Below, piece after piece: positions 41,049 through 54,918 of a stretch of 64,000 nt of DNA. Position 1 is the stretch's first letter. Every line of letters begins with the position of its first letter. Under the pieces are notes generated by a model. It was not told the DNA's origin. It searched no databases and saw only the letters and a program-made list of their open reading frames with translations. Source of the DNA: Eledone cirrhosa (lineage: Eukaryota). A program made the position numbers and the translations under genes. Location of the stretch: assembly GCA_964016885.1 (NCBI GenBank), contig OZ024740.1:129084001-129148000 (forward strand). Reading direction: 5' to 3'.

Positions 41049-42959
41049 ACAAAAGCAACAATACCAATAATATTAATGAAAAAAGGCGAAAGAAGGAGGA
41101 GCAGCTATTTGTGTAGCAGAAAATAACATTACACATTTGAAAATAAGATAATAATATTCATGATAATTACTATTGTTATTGTTTTTATTTGTGTCATATT
41201 TCGTTATTTTTTGTTGTAATTGTTATTGAGAAATTTTGCCATCTTAATCATCTCTTGTTGGCAAAAGATTGATGATAAATCTGAACGGAGCTAATTTTAC
41301 AACATGCCTCTGGTAATTAGGTGGTATCTTCTCCGGCTTTCTCTAGTGCAACCAGTTAACTTTACTTGTAACTGAAGCTTCAATCAGTTTATATATAGCT
41401 TCATTTCACTTGATTCGTTGTTATTGTCTATATTTTTCATCTTTCTTCAACATAATTATCATCATTAACACTATTACACTCATTACAATCATCGTGTCTC
41501 ACATCACTATCATTTTCATACTACTACTACTACTACTAATACTACTACCACTACCACTACTACTACTACTGTTGAAGCTGATGCTGCTAATAGTAATAAC
41601 AATAATAATCCTCATAATCCATCATTCTCTCCATCCATATCCTTTTTTCCAGCTTGTGTCTTCCCATCCACACCATTCTGATAATTTCTTTCCTCATTAC
41701 CATTTAGAACCCCTTAATGGATGTTTCCTTCTTTTATTTTTCTTCAAAAACCTCTTACAAATCTTCTGTGTTTTCATAATCAACACTGCCAACTTCGACG
41801 CTGTCTTTCTTTTTATCTTTTGAAGTCAATGATGTTACATAGAATTTAAATCAATAATAAATTGCACTGCCACGGCTAACTAATTATCCGAAAAAGCCTT
41901 TCTGGAAAATTTCCCCACAAAACATCAAAAGGGATTATTTCTAAGTGAATACAGTTAATACAACATATTCGATTTGTAAGGAGAAAAACAATATCATAAA
42001 TGTCAAGATACACTATTTAAAGGAATAGGAACAAAAATAATAACAAAATCATGCAAGCAAACAGCAATACATTAAATGCTGGTTGCAGTTGATGTGCTCA
42101 AAGTTTTGACGTTTATTTTCCATTACATTTTCTTCGTTGCAGTATGTATATTTATAATTTTAATAATGAATCACTCACTGGTGTCTATTCTGATTATATT
42201 GATAACATTCCCATTCTGAATTTGAACAGGTTAACAAACAGGTAGGAACATGACTGGTTAAACTATTAATCACACTATTTCTCTGCCTTCAATCCTATAA
42301 TCCGTTGCTGCCGTAAGTACTGCGTTGTTGGTGTTGTTTTTTAATACAAATGTGTGCAAGAATAGATAACATAATACGTTAGTTCTTTAGAGATTTGGGT
42401 TCAAATTGCTGAAACGCAAAGTTAGATGTTTTTCCTTTTTATCTTTTCTAATAAAAATCTCTCGAACATTGATGTCAATTCAATGACTATATCTGCACAC
42501 CTCCTATAACTTTACAACTATTAATATAAATTAATGTAGAGTTCGGTTTGATGCGAGCTGCTGAATACATAATTATTTAGCCCTGCATACATGCATTCAG
42601 ATTCCAGCGCCGCCCGACTTGAGTCATTATAATTCATATACTCTAAGCTTGGTCGAATAATTAGAAGGTCGTAATATACTTTAAACTTCAGCTTATTTAA
42701 GCATTAAATTGAAAAACATATATATACATAGTGTGAGATATATTGTAATATTTGTTATCAGATTAAAGCATGAGGTAGAATCTCTGGCAAATCTTTAACG
42801 CAGTGTCCTGTGATTTTCTTGTTATATATGTTGCCTTATGTGTATTTATATAGACATCGTATTCATAATATTATTTATTTTGTACCTGTTCGTATTGGGA
42901 AAGGATATTAGCACTCTTTCATTACTTTAATTTAAAAGAATTCAAGATGTTTCAAGGGC

Positions 42960-44480
42960 AGACAAGTGCAAGTTTACGCCTGCTTTGTTTGTACTGGTAA
43001 AGTATCAGCAGTAAATTGTGCTTTAGTGACAGCGCCATCGAAATTAGAAGTAACAGCACCAGCATTATCAGTAGTCACGGTGTTAACACTGCAGTGTTAA
43101 CAATAAAAATGTCAGCAATAAAAAGAAAGTGTTACCATAGTGGATATTTATATGGCAAATTACAATTACTGCAAATCTGAAACATTTACTGCTGGAAAGA
43201 ATTAATTCTGTGGTTTCCTAGAAGAAGACAAATTCCAACAAAGATAAAACCGCAATAGATTATCCGAATAAGTGAAGGATGAAATCTCATTCTTATGGTT
43301 GATATTCAACTTTTAAAACTTAATTCCATGTTAAAATTATAGCTTTTTACAACTGCTTGGTATATATGGTTGGCATGCAAAATTCAGAAATAATACACAG
43401 CGACATTGTTGGTCATTGGTCACTCAATGGAATTAGACACTGTAACAGCGCACAGTGTACTTACGAAGGAAGTTATATCTATCCTTACGTTGAAGGTTAA
43501 CTTTCTGTTATGAAACAAACGATAGTGTTCATGTTCATTTCGCAGTCACACATGGATGAAGAGAGGAATGTAATACTTTTACCACATGCTCTCCCTTGGC
43601 GACTGTGTTTGATTGATCTAAAGATTTGTGTTAGTGATCGATTTACAAAGAAAATAGCGAAATTAGATTATTATGGTGAGTATAGTTCATTGGGAGTCTT
43701 GTTTATAATGCTACCTTCTTGGCAGTTTACTACATACAGGAATATATGACAATGCAAGACATGATATTACGGTCTACGACCAAATATATTTGTCTGTTTT
43801 GCTTTAGATAATTGAAGTTGATGTTAATTTAATATCATTATCCCCCCTGATTGGAAATACTCACTGAAAATACCAGAAATGGCCAGTTGCATCTAACTTC
43901 TGAAATACTATTGGTGTTAATTGCAAAATGCCTTGATTGCCAGGCAACATGTTAGATGCGAGTAACCAACATTGCTCTGTGCATGATCTAGGAATGTACC
44001 TCCATGATATGATATGCTACAGAAAGATAAATCACACGAAAATAGCCCATATTTGTACAAAAAATGAGCTTAGAGGAAGCTATTCCTGAACGTTCGGAGA
44101 AAAGTGACGAATGTGTACAATGTTTTCATCAGCTATTACTGCTTGGCCCTCCTGTTGTGTTTGCAGTCAGCACCTCACTAGATTGAATCGCCTACACTTT
44201 CACATATTGTGAGAGGGAGAGGTTGCACACGTCAGCAGTTCCATGTTCTGACAAAAATGTTTGTGCGTAGCACATTGTAGCGCATGGAAATTCCACGTGA
44301 GTCTTTTATGGAGGACTTGTGTAATGTAATTACTATGATGTTTAAAGTGTCGAAAAAACAAAACAAACATGAACAACTAGTCTGTCGTTCGAGGACCTAT
44401 GGATAATATCCAGTAATTTCTGTTTTGGCACTGATACTGAGTGTCACTGTTGATTCGAGACACTTTCTACGGGCACGGAA
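42960..44480 (+). pseudogene. Decayed LRR receptor remnant with internal cysteine clusters (Toll-like)
   Basis: CFVCTGKVSAVNC; NTIGVNCKMP*LP..HCSVHDLGMYLHDMIC (LRRCT-like); AWPSCCVCSQH, frameshift, FTYCERERL (LRRNT-like); EIPRESFMEDLCNV. Confidence 0.45.
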
Positions 44481-44788
44481 GTCCTGCCAAATCTACCAAG
44501 ATCTGAATTTGAGGGTTAATAAGGATTAGCTACTCGTTATATATGAACACGGGAATGAATCAAATGAGGTTGGCCTTAATGAATGCTTCTATTCTGAGCA
44601 TGCGCCTGTACGGTGGAGATTACTGAGTGGAGTAAGGAACCTTCCCAGGCTGTTCATGTAGATACGATGGAACTGTGGAGTTGCTGAATAACACCTGGGT
44701 GATGCTGCCTCTTATTTGCTAGTTCTGTTGATATATATTAGAAAAGGGATATAAGGTTCTATTATACAAAACAGTGCTTATAGAAAAA

Positions 44789-45056
44789 CGGTGAAGTTGG
44801 AGATAGCACGGAAGATATATTTTAGGGTCTGTTTTTCTTTTTAATTTTTCCTTTGTTTGATTCGTCAAAGTGACAGTATTAAACAATTGAGAAGGACAAT
44901 TCTTTTAAAAAAGAGTTTTATATACATTATAAAACTCATGTTTTAAATAATTGTCCTTCTCATTTTTCCAATACTGTCACTTTGACGAATCAAAGAAAAG
45001 GGAAAAAAGAAAAACAGACCCTAAAATATATTCTCCGTGCAATTTCCAACTTCACC
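44789..45056. repeat. Imperfect ~270 bp palindrome made of two family F2 3' ends
   Basis: ggtgaagttgga..gattcgtcaaagtgacagtatt / aatactgtcactttgacgaatc..tccaacttcacc. Confidence 0.85.
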
Positions 45057-45149
45057 TCCCCCTCTATCTATCTATCTATATATCTATCTATCTATCTATC
45101 TATCTATATCTCTCTCTGTATCTGTCCCCTCTCTCTCTCTCTCTGTATA

Positions 45150-45194
<45 letters not shown>

Positions 45195-45432
45195 TAGTAT
45201 ATTTATAGATGTATGTATATATGTGTGTGTAATTGTCTCCGACTCTGTGTGTTGAAATTAATTCAACACAATTCGTAATGGTATATCTCCAAAGTCATGT
45301 TGCAAATACTATTATATAATTTCACACAATGAATGTATTTTTTTCAGATAGAAAGGAATATAATCAGTTAGAAGCTAGAAAAAAATCAAACAAATAAATT
45401 TGTCGAAAAGAAAATAAATTGATATATGTATA

Positions 45433-45513
<81 letters not shown>

Positions 45514-45930
45514 GCCCCTTCCTCGCACTTCCACTCACTCACTCTCTATTTCTCCCCTTCCCACATCCTCCCGTTTGGCCTGTAGTGGGTTCTCTTCTTG
45601 CTCACATCTCACTCACGCCGGAAGGTCTTTATTTCCCTTGCTCATGAAATCCACACAGCTTAAGCTGACCGGCTCCCCATGCTGCGTGTTTTTTCCTATC
45701 TTTGCATTGCTATCCTTCCTTGTTGTTTACTGTGTCGCTCGCTTTACGCGATTTACTTGTCCCAATAGCTTTATTTAGCTATTGCTCGCACCAACTGGAG
45801 GTATATGATTTTTAAAGCGATGAAATACCAATGAAGGTTGGAAAATCACTGACGAAGCACTATTTTTATCATATGTAACCCATGTGCAACCACGTAGTAT
45901 TCTTTCTTCTCATGTTTATATATATATATG

Positions 45931-46044
<114 letters not shown>

Positions 46045-46164
46045 TATGTGTATATAAATATATATATGTATTTATATATATATATATATAGATAGATATA
46101 TATAGATATATAGATATATATGTATATGTATATATATATAATATATATGTATATATATATAATA

Positions 46165-46203
<39 letters not shown>

Positions 46204-46665
46204 TGTATATATATAATATATATGTATATATATATATATATATAAATATAAGAAAGTATGTAAACATTAAATAAATATATATGTAGCCATCACTCACGCC
46301 AGTAGAGACGCAATTGGAAAATATCGCAATTGAAAATTACACATGAGATAATGGCTTTGAAAGATTATTCAAATCCTACGTTACTCTCTGTTGTTTTCCG
46401 TGAAATGAAACATCTTTGTGTTTGCCATATTTCGAGTTAATTATTTGCTGCTTAATGTTTCCAACCTTATCTTCGTTAATTACTATAAACACTGTTTAGA
46501 GTAATTTTCAGAAATATGCTTATTTTACATGTTATTTAAAAGCGAATTCCATTGTATCTCAGATGGGGATTAAGAATAACACTGTACATAGTTATTTTGA
46601 TGAAAACCCATAATATTCATTTTCTCACTCACTCTGTCTATCTTTATATGTGTGTATATATATAT

Positions 46666-46844
46666 AGCAAACATTACGGGCGCTCTATCTCAAAATTATT
46701 TTTGAAAAGCATTAGAAATGCGCAACCGGTAATAACTTACAACTAAAACTGAATACTGACCAATACTTACTCCTAAATTTTACTTATTCCTAATTAAACT
46801 ATTTTTTACTGGGAACGATTTGTAAGCATTTTCCTATCCATTTA

Positions 46845-46850
<6 letters not shown>
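46666..46850 (+). mobile_element. Family F3 copy
   Basis: Matches 13172-13372. Confidence 0.8.
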
Positions 46851-46901
<51 letters not shown>

Positions 46902-46938
46902 AGGAGGTTATAGTTCACTTGAAGCATTGTGTAATGAG

Positions 46939-47240
46939 GTATAAACGTTTGTATATGTATAATAAAGCCAAAACAATGCAGAATGAAAAAGCAAAAGATA
47001 TTGTTGACAATTAGTATTTTACCTTAGATTTATTTAAATGTCCTCAATTTTCGAGATAATATCTCTTCTTCAGAGGGAAGTAAAGCTGTTAATCCAGTGT
47101 TCTAAATAGCTTGCCAAGACATTTAAATAAATCTAAGGTAAAAGACTAATTGTCAACAATATCTTTTGCATTTGCATTCTTTATTCTATGCCCATACCTG
47201 CATTGTTTTGGCTTTATTATACATATACAAACGTTTATAT
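46939..47240. repeat. Inverted repeat (46939-47043 / 47118-47240) enclosing a minimal HHR-like motif (47042-47076, - strand)
   Basis: Arms are reverse complementary; reverse strand CCT CTGAAGA aGAGATattATCTC GAAA AT TG AGG has G at the cleavage position. Confidence 0.75.
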
Positions 47241-47448
47241 ATCCCCTGAAATCACCCTCTAATTAGTAAGGTAAATATGCCCTTTGGCAGCCATCTTGTT
47301 ACCCATAGGCAGATCTCACACAATTCAGCCTCGACAGATGAGTACTGCTTGATTATGGCTGACAGCTGATGAAACAAAGGCACCATAGTAAAAACTAATA
47401 TATGAAACATTATATTATGTAACATTATTTTAATTTATATTCCTTTGA

Positions 47449-47572
47449 GTTCCGATGAGCCACTCTGTCTTTTAATAAAATATGTTAATTATTTTCAACT
47501 GAACCAGATCAATTATGATACATAGTCATCTGATCCAGAAATATTATACGGAGTAGCGAAACAATTGTAAAC
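47449..47572 (+). ncRNA. Hammerhead ribozyme variant (CCGA core)
   Basis: GTT CCGATGA GCcACTC...GAGTaGC GAAA CAATTG TA AAC. Confidence 0.6.
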
Positions 47573-47866
47573 GGGCATTATTATTATTATTATACTCTAC
47601 ATTCCTTACATCAAACTAAATATGTTGACAATCTTTTAATAATGTCTTCCTTGTGAAATTTGTGGTCTTGTTTTGCTTAACTAATGAATATTTCCAGCTC
47701 TACGCACCTAACCTCTGCATGAACCCAGCCACCTAGCTGCTTTCTACTGCATATTGCACATTGAGCACATGCCTTTACGCTTTGGCTTCTAACTAACTCA
47801 CCAATCTTTCCTCACATATCTCCTCTACTATCTCAATCACTCTCTTTAAGATTGGATACTCTTGAA

Positions 47867-47933
<67 letters not shown>

Positions 47934-47938
<5 letters not shown>

Positions 47939-50578
47939 ATACTTGTTGAGGGTCATATTTGTGTAATAATATTGCCAGAATTAATAACAGAACACACTAA
48001 CAGTTTGGTTCGTTTTCGCTTCTGTGTCTTTTATATAGAGTAATTTAATTTATTCGGCCCTCAATGTTACCATTGACGGACCAACGGTAAAACATACAGA
48101 TACAGTATAGACACAAACACATATATATAGTCGTCTAACAAACTTCTTTCGTTGCACATCCGCAACATCGTCAGTGGTGCTATTATGTTTCCTTCCGTTG
48201 TATTGTATGCCTACACCATCTTTATTTAGTCTGTTTATTGATATATTTATTTTTTTATTTTTTTTATTCTCAGCGCATGCGTTTACGTGTGTGTGTATAG
48301 TGTTTTGTTTGATGTGTGTTTGTGTTTGGGTGACTGTGTAATGGTTATTGTATTATATCTTAGTTTACTAGTATGTGTTTATATGGGCTTGTTGTTATTG
48401 TGCTTTTGTATGTATTTATTTATTTATTTATACTTCTCTTAGGTCAGTGTTGTTTGTTTGGGTATTGTTGTTATTCCATTCATTTTTTTTTCTGTTTAGC
48501 CTTGGCCTTCTAATTTCTATTTCGCTGGCCTCTCTGATTTGACTATCTGCTGGATCATTTCTATGTTTAGATATTATTCTAATTTCTATGTTGTCTATGT
48601 TACCGTCGTGTTGTTGTCTGGCATGTTCTATTGTACTGAACCGTTTTTTCGTCCTTTTAGTTCCCCCCAGTGTTGGTCTATCATTTCACCTATGCTACGA
48701 GCTGTCTCGCCTATGTATGTTGTCATGTTTCTGCAAGTACCCTCTGTACATCTTATGCTATAGACTACGTTTCTAGTTTTACAGTTTATCCGAGGGTTTA
48801 CTTTACATATGATACATTTCCTATTAATACAGTGGGTTTTCTTAAAGGGGTAGGTTTTGCTGATCAGGGATTTTATGATGGTTCCTGGCTTTTCTACCAC
48901 CTTAATCTTTAATTGGGTCTTTCTGAGGGCCTTTCTACATTGGTTAGCTAATTCGCTTCAGGAGTAGCGTCCACAAACATGACTCTCAGGTATCTCTGGT
49001 TGTCGTACCATGAGGTGGCTTTCCCTATCTTATGTCTATTCCATGATTTGCTCCTGTATAATGGGCAAATTCCGTTCATGTCCAGTTCTATGAGGGTCTT
49101 ATACTTCTCCGTGGTTCCTTCGTATACTCTGATTCTGTCTCTTTGGTTGTAGCCAGAGAACTGGATGCAATTGATGAAGTGTTGGATGTGTCTTTCCATT
49201 TCTGTTGGGTCGCACATGCGGGACACGTTCTTCATCACTCGTACCAAGTCTGCGATCAGAATATTAAACTTAGCACTACTGGTCATTGCTGAGTTTTTGC
49301 GTATCAGGTATTTGGAGGCCATGGGTTTAGCATAGTGTGAGTGGAGAATTTGGGCTCTCTCGTCTATAGTGTTAATCCAGAGTTCCGTGTCTAATACATG
49401 TAGTCTATTGTTAGGGTGTTTGGAAGGGTAGTCGATAGTTACAGTTATACTCTGGTGTATGGAATTAGCTATCTGGGGATGATTTCCATTGTGCTACGTT
49501 CTAAATCAAATTGTTAGTGCTCTCTTGTGGAGATGTCCTTATTACTATATTGATATCGTCTACGTAACGAGAGTACATAATGAGGTCTATAGAGCTCTCA
49601 TCAAGGAGATCTTTGAGTCTCCTTTCCCACCATACCATAAAAAGGTTGGCAACGTCGCCAGCTATGCTGACGCCAATGGCTGCTCCCTCATTTTGGGTGT
49701 AGATCTTCTCGTTGAATTTGAATATATGGTCCTTTAGGGTAGTTTTGATACTAGCCCCTATTGCATGTGCGACCATTTTCTTACCTGATCATTGTTTTGG
49801 GGGGGTCGTATAGCTTTGCTCCACCCAATCGACCTTCCCAAGGGAGTCTCTTTTGCAATTGAGGTTATGGTGGGTGGTCTACCACTTATGGGTCTACTGG
49901 GGAAGAAACGTCTAAGGTCATGGCTGTCTAGGTAGACAGTGTCGTAGGTACGTCTAGGTAGGTGTCAATGATCATCTCGACACATTTTTAACAGCAAAAT
50001 CAATGTTAATGAATGGGTACAGTGATACCACGTCCATACTGCCTATTATGCAGTTGGATAGGTTCCTGTTTTTGTCGCACTCACTGATTCTGCTGAGGTG
50101 GTCCTCTGTACTGTCACATACATCTGGGGACATCTTGATTATGCGGCGTATAACCATTGAGAGGAAGTAGGCGATCCTGTATTTGCTAGCTATATTTGCT
50201 CCGCACACAGGTCTTGTTGGCGGTGTTGTTGTCGGGTCGTCGACTGTCTTGTGGTTTTTGCGGAGCCCATACAAGGGTGGTATGCCATTGTTAGACGCTT
50301 GGAAGTTTTTGGCAGTGTGTCTTTTGGCCTTAGATATGTCGGTCCACATCATCATGCGAGCGTTGAGGATTTTCTCTCTCCCATCATGTATTTTCTGTGC
50401 AATTTCGCTGGTGTTGGTGATGTGGGGTTGCATAGCCTTGATGTAGTTCGGCATGCTGTGTTCTGTTAATAATTCTGGCAATATTATTGCAGAAATATGA
50501 CCCTCCCCAAGTATAATAATATTTGTTTCGACCCACGATTTAATATCAAAAACCTCACAAAACTAATTCATCGCCGTT
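47934..50578 (-). mobile_element. 5'-truncated, decayed Neptune-like PLE with inverted terminal-repeat tail at its 5' side
   Basis: PPLYGLRKNHK, TRPVC, SMDVVSLYP, GAAIG, YSRYVDD, Cys linker C..CIIC..CKTRNVVY..YIGETARS; 47934-47995 is inverted at 50458-50520. Confidence 0.92.
48137..48178 (-). ncRNA. Type I hammerhead ribozyme (weak stems I and III) in PLE 3' region
   Basis: Reverse strand: ACCA CTGACGA tGTTGCggatgtGCAAC GAAA gaag TT TGTT. Confidence 0.6.
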
Positions 50579-50588
50579 ATATATATAT

Positions 50589-50680
<92 letters not shown>

Positions 50681-51129
50681 GTAGCCAGGTACACACTGAT
50701 ATACACTCATACAGGCATATTTATGTATATATATATATTTAATTTGTTGGTAATTAAACAAATTTATACATACATATATATAATTAAATACGAGATTTTT
50801 CCAAAAGCCATTCACGTTTATATTTCACCTATGAGACCATGGTTTTCGTGTCACAAAATTGCGCAGATTGTAACCGGTTACACTCCTGGACGTGTTACGT
50901 ATTTGACTAGCTCACTAGATACATCAGTCGATGTCAGGTAAGTATCGACTGAGGTGCTGTATTACTAATGCTATCGCCAAAAACATCCTGAATTCATGAA
51001 GGCCGTGATAACTGGACATCGGACCTAGGTACACTGATACATGCAAGGCGTTCAATCATCACAGATGAATTTACAACCTCGGCATCTAATCCCGTAAAAA
51101 AAAAAGAGTCACTTCAAATAAAAAGAATA

Positions 51130-52130
51130 TTGAACGTTTGCTCACTGCTTTATTCGATTATAGATTCTGTGTACGTCATGAATTATAAGAATGAAGAATT
51201 AGTAATACAAAGGATCACGAACAGGAAATATTGCGCTTCTTCTGTGATGTATTCTGCCACACGAAACCAATCTCCGCGCCTGATAAATCTAACCGTTGAA
51301 TCAGAACAACATACAACGGCTTCCCCTACGCTACAGACATCCTATGTACGAGGATTGCAGCCTTGAAAGCACTTCCTGAATAAACGTTCCAAATATGTTT
51401 TCAACAATGAAAGGATCGTTGCACAAGGTGTGTGGTAGTATAAGATATTTAATTCGACGGGTATTCACAACTGATGTACCAATTCCACCACATTTCTGAA
51501 GCGTAACGCCGGTTAATCTTTCGAGAGATATTTTATATAGATATACAAAGAGTTTGATATATTTCTCACATAAATGATCTGCGCTCAGCATATCACTGTA
51601 TTAATAGTTCTCTCTCTCGTTTTTGATATACATTTGAAATATATATGTGCAAATATTCCATTTTTCTAATTTTACATATCCCTATACAATCATAAGGCAA
51701 ATTAATTTGAAGTTTAATTTCCCTGTGGATTTATGGATTTGTATCAATTTCAATTACTATTTAACGCCAAAATCTATTGTTGAATTAAGGACAATAGTTA
51801 AATGCACCATAAATTTGAACGAACTGTTACTTTCTCAAAGCATAGTTTATTGGAAATCTATAACGTTGCCTACCGTTTAACAAGGTATCAGTGTAATATG
51901 CGAAATAAATATCGGCACCATTTGCGCTTGAAATTATGATTTCCCTAGGTTATACATTGGGCATAAAAATCGAATCATATTGGTGTACTGAAAGTAGATG
52001 CAAAAGGAGTGAACTTAGCAATTATTTAAATATTTCCCACTTGTTCATGCATGAGAAGCTCTGCACAGAATGTCAAGATTATCAAGAGATTATCGGAAAT
52101 GATCCTACTGTTACCATGAACAATTCTTAT
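51130..52130 (+). pseudogene. Decayed LRR-like coding remnant
   Basis: RLINLTVES, IRQINLKFN, INLNELLLSQ, PRLYIGHKNRI, LNISHLFMHE. Confidence 0.35.
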
Positions 52131-52237
52131 AAACCAATCAGTACTACTACTACTACTACTACTGCTACTACTACTGCTACTGCTACTACTACTACTACTA
52201 ATAATAATAATATAAAAATAATACTATTAACAATAAT

Positions 52238-52424
52238 GATTGTTTCTACGTTAGGCACAAGGAGAGCAAATACCCAGTGTATACTGGTACTTTATTTTAT
52301 CTACCCCGTAAGAATGAAAGGAAAAGTCAACCTCGGCGGGATTTGAACTCAGATCGTAAAGGGACGTAACTATGCTGGAAAGCATGGCGTCCGACCCTCT
52401 ACCGATACTGCCAATCCACCGCCA
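52238..52424 (-). mobile_element. Full-length tRNA-SINE with TSD
   Basis: Reverse of the 9472 SINE; TTAACAATAA at 52227-52236 and 52426-52435. Confidence 0.92.
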
Positions 52425-52434
52425 CTTAACAATA

Positions 52435-52492
<58 letters not shown>

Positions 52493-52494
<2 letters not shown>

Positions 52495-54515
52495 CACATG
52501 TCTGCCCGTAATGTGGAAACTGTTGACGAGCATTGTGTCTGAGGAAATCTACCATCACCTCCACACAAACAACTTGTTACCGGACGAACAGAAAGGATGC
52601 CGAAAGAAGTCACGTGGTACAAAGGACCAGTTGCTTATTGATAAGATGGTAATGGGGAATTGCAGGAGGAGACACACTGATCTTGCCATGGGATGGATAG
52701 ACTACAGAAAGGCATTTGACATGGTGCCTCATTCCTGGATCACCAAAAGCCTGGAGATCTTCAGGGTGGCGGATAACATCAGACAGTTGCTAGGCAGGAG
52801 TATGGGGTCCTGGGAGACAGAGTTGACATCAACTGGAGTATCCTTGGGAAGCGTGAAGATCAAGAGAGGTATATTCCAGGGAGATAGCCTGTCCCCTCTG
52901 TTGTTTGTCCTTGCCCTGATGCCCTTGACCATTATGCTGCGAAAAGTGAGAGCAGGATACAAGTTGGGAAGGGGAGAGCTTACCATCAATCACCTCCTCT
53001 TCATGGACGATCTTAAGCTCTTCGGGAAAAGTGAGAAGGAGTTGGATGTGCTTGTTGACACTGTCCGTATTTTCAGCAGTGATATATGTATGCAGTTTGG
53101 TATTGGTAAATGTGGAGTCATTGTGATGAAGAGGGGTAGGTTGAGCAGAAGTAACGGGATCCAGATACCAACAGGTGAGATGATAAAGGAAATTGACTCT
53201 GAGGAAGGATACAAGTATTTGGGCGTTCTGGAGGCTGATGGCATAAAGAACAAAAAAATGAAGGAATTGTTAAGAACTGAATACATTCGGAGAGTAAGGA
53301 GCGTATTGAAGTCACATCTGAACAGCAGAAATGCCATAAGCGCAGTAAATTCCCGAGCTGTGTCTATTATTAGGTACAGTGCGGGAATTCTGAGATGGAA
53401 TGTTGCTGAACAGAAAGAAATGGATAGGAAGACTAGGAAGCTATTGACTATCTACAACATGTTCCACAAGAGGAGTGATGTCGATAGACTCTACCTAAGG
53501 AGATCTGAGGGTGGAAGAGGTCTTATCAGCATAGAGGACTGTGTTCAGATGGAGAAAAAACAACCTATACAAATACGTGACCTATAGTAAGGAGCCAATG
53601 CTAAGAGCTGTACTGAAGGAGGGGACAGTAGGCCAGGGGATGTCCAGGGAGGAAACAACATCAAGGAGGAAGAGCAGCCTTAAGGGAAAACCCCTTCATA
53701 GTACCTTCTTTGAGAAAACTGAATTTAGAGATCCACAGACATGGAACTGGTTGAAAAGAGGAGACCTCAAAAAGGCTACAGAAGGAATGCTAATGGCTGC
53801 GCAGGAGCAGGCCCTCAAAATGAAGTGGTTGAAGCACCATATCTACAAGGAGGAGGCCAGCCCACTGTGCAGGATCTGTGGAGAGAGAGAGGAGACTGTG
53901 GCTCACATTGTGTCCGAGTGTAAACACCTAGCCCAGACCCACTATAAGGGCTGGAGACACGATGTGATGGGCAGGGTGATCCACTGGCACCTGTGCAAAG
54001 TAAACAATCTACCACATTCTGAGAAATGGTATGAGCATAGGCCAGAGGCGGTGATGGAGAACAATCAGGTGAAGGTGCTGTGGGATTTTAGGATACAGAC
54101 GGACAAAAAACTGGAACACAATAGACCTGACCTGGTGGTTGTGGACAAAGAAAAAAGATCGTGCCTGATTGTGGATGTGGCCTGCCCGTTCGACACGAGA
54201 GTGCAAGAGAAGGAGAGGGAGAAAATTAACCGATACCAGGACCTAAAGTGGGAGGTGAAAAGGATTTGGAACTGCCATGAAGTCAAAGTGATCCCGATTG
54301 TCATAGGCGCACTGGGGACTATCTCCAAAAGTTTCCAGGGATGGTTAAAGAAAATCGGCCCCTTCACGCTTTTTGGAACGCTTCAAAAGGCATGCTTGCT
54401 TGGAACAGCAAGAACCCTCCGATACGTCCTGAATATCTGAGGCTGCAGGTAGTGGCTTGATATTCAATCCAACGGACTTTCCAGTTAACCAACATCAATG
54501 ACTGAGATTCAAGGA
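52493..54515 (+). mobile_element. 5'-truncated Dong/R4 family A LINE, nearly intact
   Basis: ORFs 52511-53587 (RT: [15 protein letters not shown]) and 53541-54440 (CRICGEREETVAHIVSEC, RHD, NRPDL..IVDVACP) split by one frameshift in an A run; (TAA)n on both sides. Confidence 0.95.
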
Positions 54516-54545
54516 ATAAGAATAACAATAATAATAATAATAATA

Positions 54546-54876
54546 ATTGTTTCTACTTTAGGCACAAGGCCAGCAATTACCCAGTGCATTACTGGTACAT
54601 TATTTTATCGACCTCGTAAGGATGAAAGGCAAAGACAACCTCGGCGTGATTTGAACTCAGATCGTAAAGGGACGATAATAATAATAATAATTGTTTCTAC
54701 TTTAGGCACAAGGCCAGCAATTACCCAGTGCATTACTGGTACTTTATTTTATCGACCCCGTAAGGATGAAAGGCAAAGTCAACCTCGGCGGGATTTGAAC
54801 TCAGATCATAAAGGGACGTAACTATGCTGGAAAGCATGGCGTCCGACCCTCTACCGATACTGCCAATCCACCGCCC

Positions 54877-54877
<1 letters not shown>
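54546..54877 (-). mobile_element. Two tandem tRNA-SINEs (5'-truncated 54546-54674; full-length 54690-54877) in (TAA)n
   Basis: Near-identical SINE bodies separated by TAA repeats. Confidence 0.93.

Positions 54878-54916
<39 letters not shown>

Positions 54917-54918
<2 letters not shown>

Noticed and set aside
41410-41823. Hydrophobic 137-aa ORF resembling a membrane protein
   Set aside because: Derived from (CTA)n and (ATC)n low-complexity sequence.
45847-45900. CTGACGA aGCAC..GTGC aac hammerhead candidate
   Set aside because: GAAA is absent and stem I is unconvincing; at best a decayed remnant.
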